29,613 nucleotides of DNA, taken from positions 372,001 to 401,613 of the forward strand of contig JBODTK010000157.1 in assembly GCA_050613775.1 (NCBI GenBank). Direction: 5' to 3'. Shown here piece by piece: positions 24,353-29,613 of this stretch. Under the pieces are notes generated by a model. The model saw only the letters and a program-made list of their open reading frames with translations. It had not been told where the DNA came from and ran no database searches. Position 1 is the first letter of the stretch. Every line of letters begins with the position of its first letter. Made by a program: the position numbers and the translations under genes. The stretch comes from Neocallimastix sp. 'constans' (Eukaryota).

Positions 24353-24767
24353 TATTTTAAATAGAGTCAAATTAAAAATTAAAATTATTTGAAATAAATG
24401 AATGATTTTATTCTAATGTTTTATTGTATTTTGAAAAAAAAAAAAAAAAAAAATTTTTTTTTTTGAATATTTTATTTTTATTATATCCATTTAGTGTAAC
24501 CTTTTTAATTTTAGAAGTTTATTAAATAAAAAAAAACATTAATTAAAATTGTAATATATTAAAATCTAGATTAATATAAATTAATAATTAAAGAATGATT
24601 AAGAAATTGTACTAGGTTACACTAATAAACAATGATAATTTTTGAAAATTTTAATTATTAATAAAATATTAAATATTACACTTTATTTTTTAAATTTTTT
24701 TTAATTTAATTTTTTTTAATTTAATTTAATTTAATTTAATTAATTTAATTTTTTTTTTTTTAATTTA

Positions 24768-25330
24768 ATCCTTTATAATATGACACGTTTGAACAATATT
24801 CCTTATAATCCTAATCAAAATTGAAAAGCCTGAAAAAAATTTTTATAAAAAGACCTTCATCATATATTCTATGCTCTTGTGCTGTATTACAGAATTCTCA
24901 ACTTTATTATATGTTTTTTTTTTTTTGTGGATACTTGACTTTCTCATAAAGATAATAAAGATAATAATAACAAAGTGACCTTTGAGGGATTATATATAAG
25001 AAAAAAAAGGTTAATCCTTCTAAACTTATAAACTTAAGAGTCTTTAGTTATCAAGCCTTTTTATTTTATTACTTTATTCCTAAACAATTAAGAGATAAGT
25101 TTGTTAGCTATACCCCTTCAGGAATTTTTTTTTTTAGAATACAATAAAAACCCATCGGTATATGATAATTTTGATCCAAATAAAAATAAAAATTATACTA
25201 TTAAAGGCCATTTGTAATTTCTTCAAAGATGATTCCAGCTAATATATTTGTTCCTTCATCTCTTCTCAATATTTAAAAATTTTTACCTATAATGAAATCG
25301 GGGAAGGGAAGTATAGATAATGAAAATCTT
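24768..25330 (+). mobile_element. Degraded Ty1/copia integrase fragment, copy B (co-duplicated with the gene unit)
   Basis: IPYNPNQN*KA-E (24798), FIPKQLRDKFVSYTPSGIFFLEYNKNPSVYDNFDPNKNKIILLKAI. Colinear with copy A but lacks the IHNRIP segment. Confidence 0.8.
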
Positions 25331-26411
25331 TCCAAGGATTTTAATAATAATAATAATAATAATATCAATAATGTTATTAAATAATTAAAAGATTATTTAA
25401 AAGAGTATTGATAGTAAAAATCGGAATATTAATATTAATGATAGTGAAAATAATAATAGTATCGTTACTAAGGATGTAGTGAATAGATCAATTAATGATC
25501 ATCGTATTAATTAAAGTAATTTTTCTTAATATATATTTGACGTGGCACCAATGGAAAAGATGCCCCCCTAAATCAACTTTATTTTTGAATAATTACTTTT
25601 TATTATTATTTCACATCACTATTTAAAAAATATTATTATAATCTAATTAGACAAATAATGATTTTTTTTATTATTATTATTAATTGAGCGTTTTTTTTTT
25701 ATATAAAAAAAAAAATAATAATAAAAAAAAATAAAATTATTTATGTAATTTATAAATGAATAAATAAATAAAGTTTAAAGTTTGCAATAATTGTGGCTCC
25801 AAAAAAAATTATTTTTAATTATTTTTTAAAAGTAAAAAAAAATAAAAAATAAAAAATAAAAAATAAAATTTAAGTGGATATTTAAAATTATACTAATTTG
25901 TGACAATTAAAAAAAAATTTTTTTAATTATTAGAAATTATATTAAATTTTGGTGAATTTTTATTGGTTTTAAAAATTAAAAAGAAATATGGAATAAAGTT
26001 TTCTAATAAGTTAAGTAACACTTTATAAAAGAAATGATTGGTATATAAAAAAAAAAAATATAAAGTATAAAAGGAATTGAAAAATCCCTAATTTTAACTT
26101 TTTCTTGAAAATAAAATAAAGTAAAAAATAAAAAATAAAAAATAAAAAATAAAAAATAAAAAATAAAAAATAAAAAATAAAAAATAAAAAATAAAAAATA
26201 AAAAATAAAAAATAAAAAATAAAATAAAATTAAATAAAATAATAATAAATTAAAAATATAAAAATTATTATATATTTTTAAGTTAAAGTAACTATATAAA
26301 ATAAATAAAACAAACAATCTTTTTATTTATTTTTAAAAAAGATTATTTTCTACCTATATATATATTTTTTCTTTTTGAATAAACATAAAACAAAGAAAAA
26401 AAAAATTAAAA

Positions 26412-27670
26412 ATGGCTAATACTAAAAGTGATTTCAAGAGACGTTTCCCAAAAGTTGGTAAATGTTGTTGTTGTTGTGAACCTAAAGTTTCAGTTATCGT
26501 TTGCACTATCATATTTATCGTAAGTATTGATAATAAAAATAAGAAATAAAAAATTAAAAAAAAAAAAAAAAATAAATAAATAATTTAAAAAGATAATTGG
26601 GATGATAATTATAAATATATTTTAAAAATATAAGAAATATTTTATTTTATTTTATTTTATTATTTATTTTTTTTTAAAAAAAAAATAAAATAAAACTAAA
26701 ATAAAATAAAACTAAATTAAAATAAAATAAAATTAAAATAAAATAAAACTAATATAAAATATAAAATAATAAATGATAAATAGATTTGGTTAGGACTTGG
26801 AGCATTTTATGCAGGAATTTCATTTAATATTGTAGATAAGTATAACACTTCTACAACTAGTATTATTTCAAAAGTTTTAATTGTAATTAATATATGTGTC
26901 CTTATATCACTTATTTTATTACTTGTTGGTATTATAAAGGTAAATAAATTTAATACACAATTAAAAATAAATATATATATCTTTATATCATTTTAAATCT
27001 AATATTAATGTATTAATATAAATTAATATAAATATATTTATATATATATATATATATTTTAATATATATAAAAATATAAAGCGTAATATAACATTTATGA
27101 ACCAATTTAAATTTGTTTTCATTATATTTATAATAAGTCAATTATTCAATTATGCCTATAGCATTTATTTATTTAATGATGATGAGTATATTGGAAATGC
27201 AATTAAAACTCTGAAAAAAACTTATAAACAAAATAATTTACAAGGGTTTTATGAAATACATGATGAAATATATAGACGTTCTTTAAAAAGTTCAATGTAT
27301 TATTATATAGTAGAATATTTAATTATATTGGCTCTCATTGTAAATATATATAAAAATATATATATATATATATATTTATTGATATAAAATAATTAAATAA
27401 TAATGTATATTTATCAATAGTGTGAAAGTTGTATATACTAACTTTTTATTATTATTATTATTTTTATTGCTTATTAAAACAATAAAATAAAAATAAAATA
27501 ATAATAATAATAATAATAATAATTATAAAAACATTTTTTCAAATGATAATAATAATAAAAAAAAAAAATAGGTATATTACTATTTATCCACCTGTAGTTA
27601 TATTGAAGATGTTGAAGAAATTGCAAATGAAGAAAATGATACCAGAAAATTAGAAAATAATGAATATTAG
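26412..27670 (+). CDS. 4-TM poly-Cys membrane protein, copy 6 (206 aa; exons 26412-26519, 26784-26939, 27082-27339, 27572-27670)
   Basis: Exon lengths 108/156/258/99, GT..AG, open frame MANTKSDFKRRFPKVGKCCCCCEPK...TRKLENNEY*. Confidence 0.92.
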
Positions 27671-27728
27671 TTTTAAAAAATTTTTTTTGAGAAAGTTTAA
27701 AAAAAATAAAATAAAATAAAATAAAAAT

Positions 27729-27769
<41 letters not shown>

Positions 27770-28139
27770 TAATAAATTATTAATATTATTATTTTTTTTT
27801 TTTTAATAAGAAAAAAAAAAATTATACATTTATTAAATTTTAAATAAAAAAAATATATATATATATTTTTTTTTATAAATATCATTAATATTTAAAAAAA
27901 AAATAAATAAAATAAAATAAATATTTATCGTTGAACAATATTTATGTAAAAAAAAAAAAAAAAAAAAAAAAAGATATTAATTAACGTATTGATACATCAA
28001 TAAATAGAGTCAAATTAAAATTAAAATTATTTGAAATAAATGGATGATATATTCTAATGTTTTATTGTATTTTAAAAAAAAAAAAAATTATTATTATTAT
28101 TTTTTTTAATGAATTCTTTATTTTTATTTTATTTTTTCT

Positions 28140-28442
28140 TTTTATATTTAAAGTGAACAAACACTTAAACAGTTCAAAAGGGTCTTATGATTCCATCTGT
28201 TGTGGAGAGGACTACTTCTCAATTCTTCTTAATGAATTTAATGATAATGAAGAATTAAGTTCTAATGAAATGGTCAATAAATTTATAGAAACAGCTAAAA
28301 AAGTTGATGATAAAGTTCATGCTAGAGTTCCTTTTGAATCTTAAAGGCTAAGTTTTTCCACAATCAATTATTTCAAAGATTGTTACTAATAGAATTGCTA
28401 AATATGCCTTTGAACATAAATTTGTTAGACCTGACCAATTTG
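28140..28442 (+). mobile_element. LINE relic made of three fused pieces (N-terminal region, EN-RT linker, RT)
   Basis: FIFKVNKHLNS resembles FIIRV-NKHKND of the large LINE (about 7050-7085). YFSILLNEFNDNEELSSNEMVNKFIETAKKV resembles YFSILANDLDSHYNSLTADEMVEKFINTANII (8044 onward). IISKIVTNRIAKYAFEHKFVRPDQF resembles IISKIITVRISTYALSHNFIRPEQF (8957 onward). Confidence 0.85.
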
Positions 28443-28882
28443 TTATTTATTAAAATAATAAATTGATTTGCACTAAAATGAAAAAATTTTCTTTTGTTTA
28501 CTTTTTTTTTATTTAAAACACCTTTTGTAAATATAACTTTTTCTAGTTATATTTTAAAAATAAAATTCCTTTAAAAATTCCTAAAAAAAACTATCTCAAA
28601 TAAAAATACTAATTTTATCGTATTTATATAAATTTTTTTTTTTTTTTTTTTTTTTTTATTAATATTAAAATTTAAAGAAAAAAAAAATTTTTTTTTTTTT
28701 TAAAATGATAATTAAAAATTTATAGATATATTAAAAATAAAGATATTTTTTGTTAGAGATAATCCTATAAAGAATCCAACTGTATATTTTATTTTTTTTA
28801 GAATATTTTTATTTTATTTTTTTAACATTTTTTTTATTATATATATTTAATTTATTATTTTAATATGATGTTAATTAATTAA

Positions 28883-28933
<51 letters not shown>

Positions 28934-29613
28934 AGTTTCTGAATCGATCCCATGACTCCCTTGATATGTAGGACTTTTATGTGCAATAATTTATATGTAG
29001 TGGGTTTTTTAAATAATGGTAGTTTTAGTAAAATTTATTAATAGAATTATGATATTTGTATTACAATTAAATTAATAATTCTAATAGTCCTCTATATATT
29101 TAGTTAATCTGTTCTATTTAATATTAATATTGAATTTATAATACATAAAATGTAATACTATTCATATAGAATTAAAATAAAAAAAAAAAAATTGAAAATT
29201 CATTATTTTTAATTTTTTTATATAAAAAAATTAAAAAAAAGATTTTATTATTATTTTTTTTAATAATAAATTAAATTACTAATTAATCATAAATATATAT
29301 ATATATTTTTTTTTGTATTTATATATTGAAACCAATTATTTTATAATATATCTATTTATATATATATTTTTTTAAAAAAGAAGATCGTGGCGTTGTTTAA
29401 TAAGGGTCCATTTAATATTATTAGATCACATAAAAACTACTCTATATAATAATTATTATAGAGAGTAAAGGATCATTATTTATAATTAATATTTATGATA
29501 AACATAAATAATTAATACTTAAAATAAATACCTTTTTCTCATAATTATTATTAAAAATTTTATTAATAAATGTTATATAATTATTTTTTTTTTTTTGCTA
29601 TTGAAACTGTATT

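Larger units (their letters stand above)
20320..28140 (+). repeat. Tandem segmental duplication (units about 20320-24480 and 24485-28140), each containing a copia relic and a gene
   Basis: Both units begin CATTTAGTGTAAC...TTTTAATTTTAGAAGTTTATTAAATAAAA and are largely colinear through the copia fragment, the upstream region and the gene. Confidence 0.85.

Noticed and set aside
13574..26317. F/I/Y/L-rich ORFs (13574, 17400, 17405, 18893, 19920, 22951, 23884, 24185, 26003) and antisense ORFs 11766, 17603 and 22920
   Set aside because: They arise from T-rich microsatellites that lack stop codons, or are antisense shadows of exon 2. No independent coding signal.
28935..29010. GC-richer patch next to a (TAAA)n tract as a retroelement end or ncRNA
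   Set aside because: Too short, with no second copy or recognisable motif in the window.

Overview
Extremely AT-rich eukaryotic genomic DNA with GT-AG introns, long poly-A/T runs and microsatellites. Composition and gene families point to an anaerobic gut fungus (Neocallimastigomycota); this is inference. The main content is a + strand tandem array of six intact paralogous four-exon genes (198-220 aa). They encode predicted four-transmembrane proteins with an invariant N-terminal FKRRFPxVGx-polyCys motif, an acidic C-terminus ending LENNE(Y), and variable TM and loop segments (LAPTM/Mtp/DUF4728-like architecture). The ORF track shows only fragments of these genes. Between the genes lie a near full-length degenerate APE-RT-CCHC LINE, three relics of a second LINE lineage, two co-duplicated Ty1/copia integrase relics, a MITE and several minisatellites. 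The left end holds two minus-strand pseudogenes: a secreted PI-PLC X-domain fragment and a Cys-rich type I membrane protein. The array's history is partly readable: a chimeric copy 3, a promoter-block deletion in copy 2, loop remodelling in copies 4 and 5, and an excess of amino-acid-changing differences. All translations and alignments were done by eye; no database searches were run.
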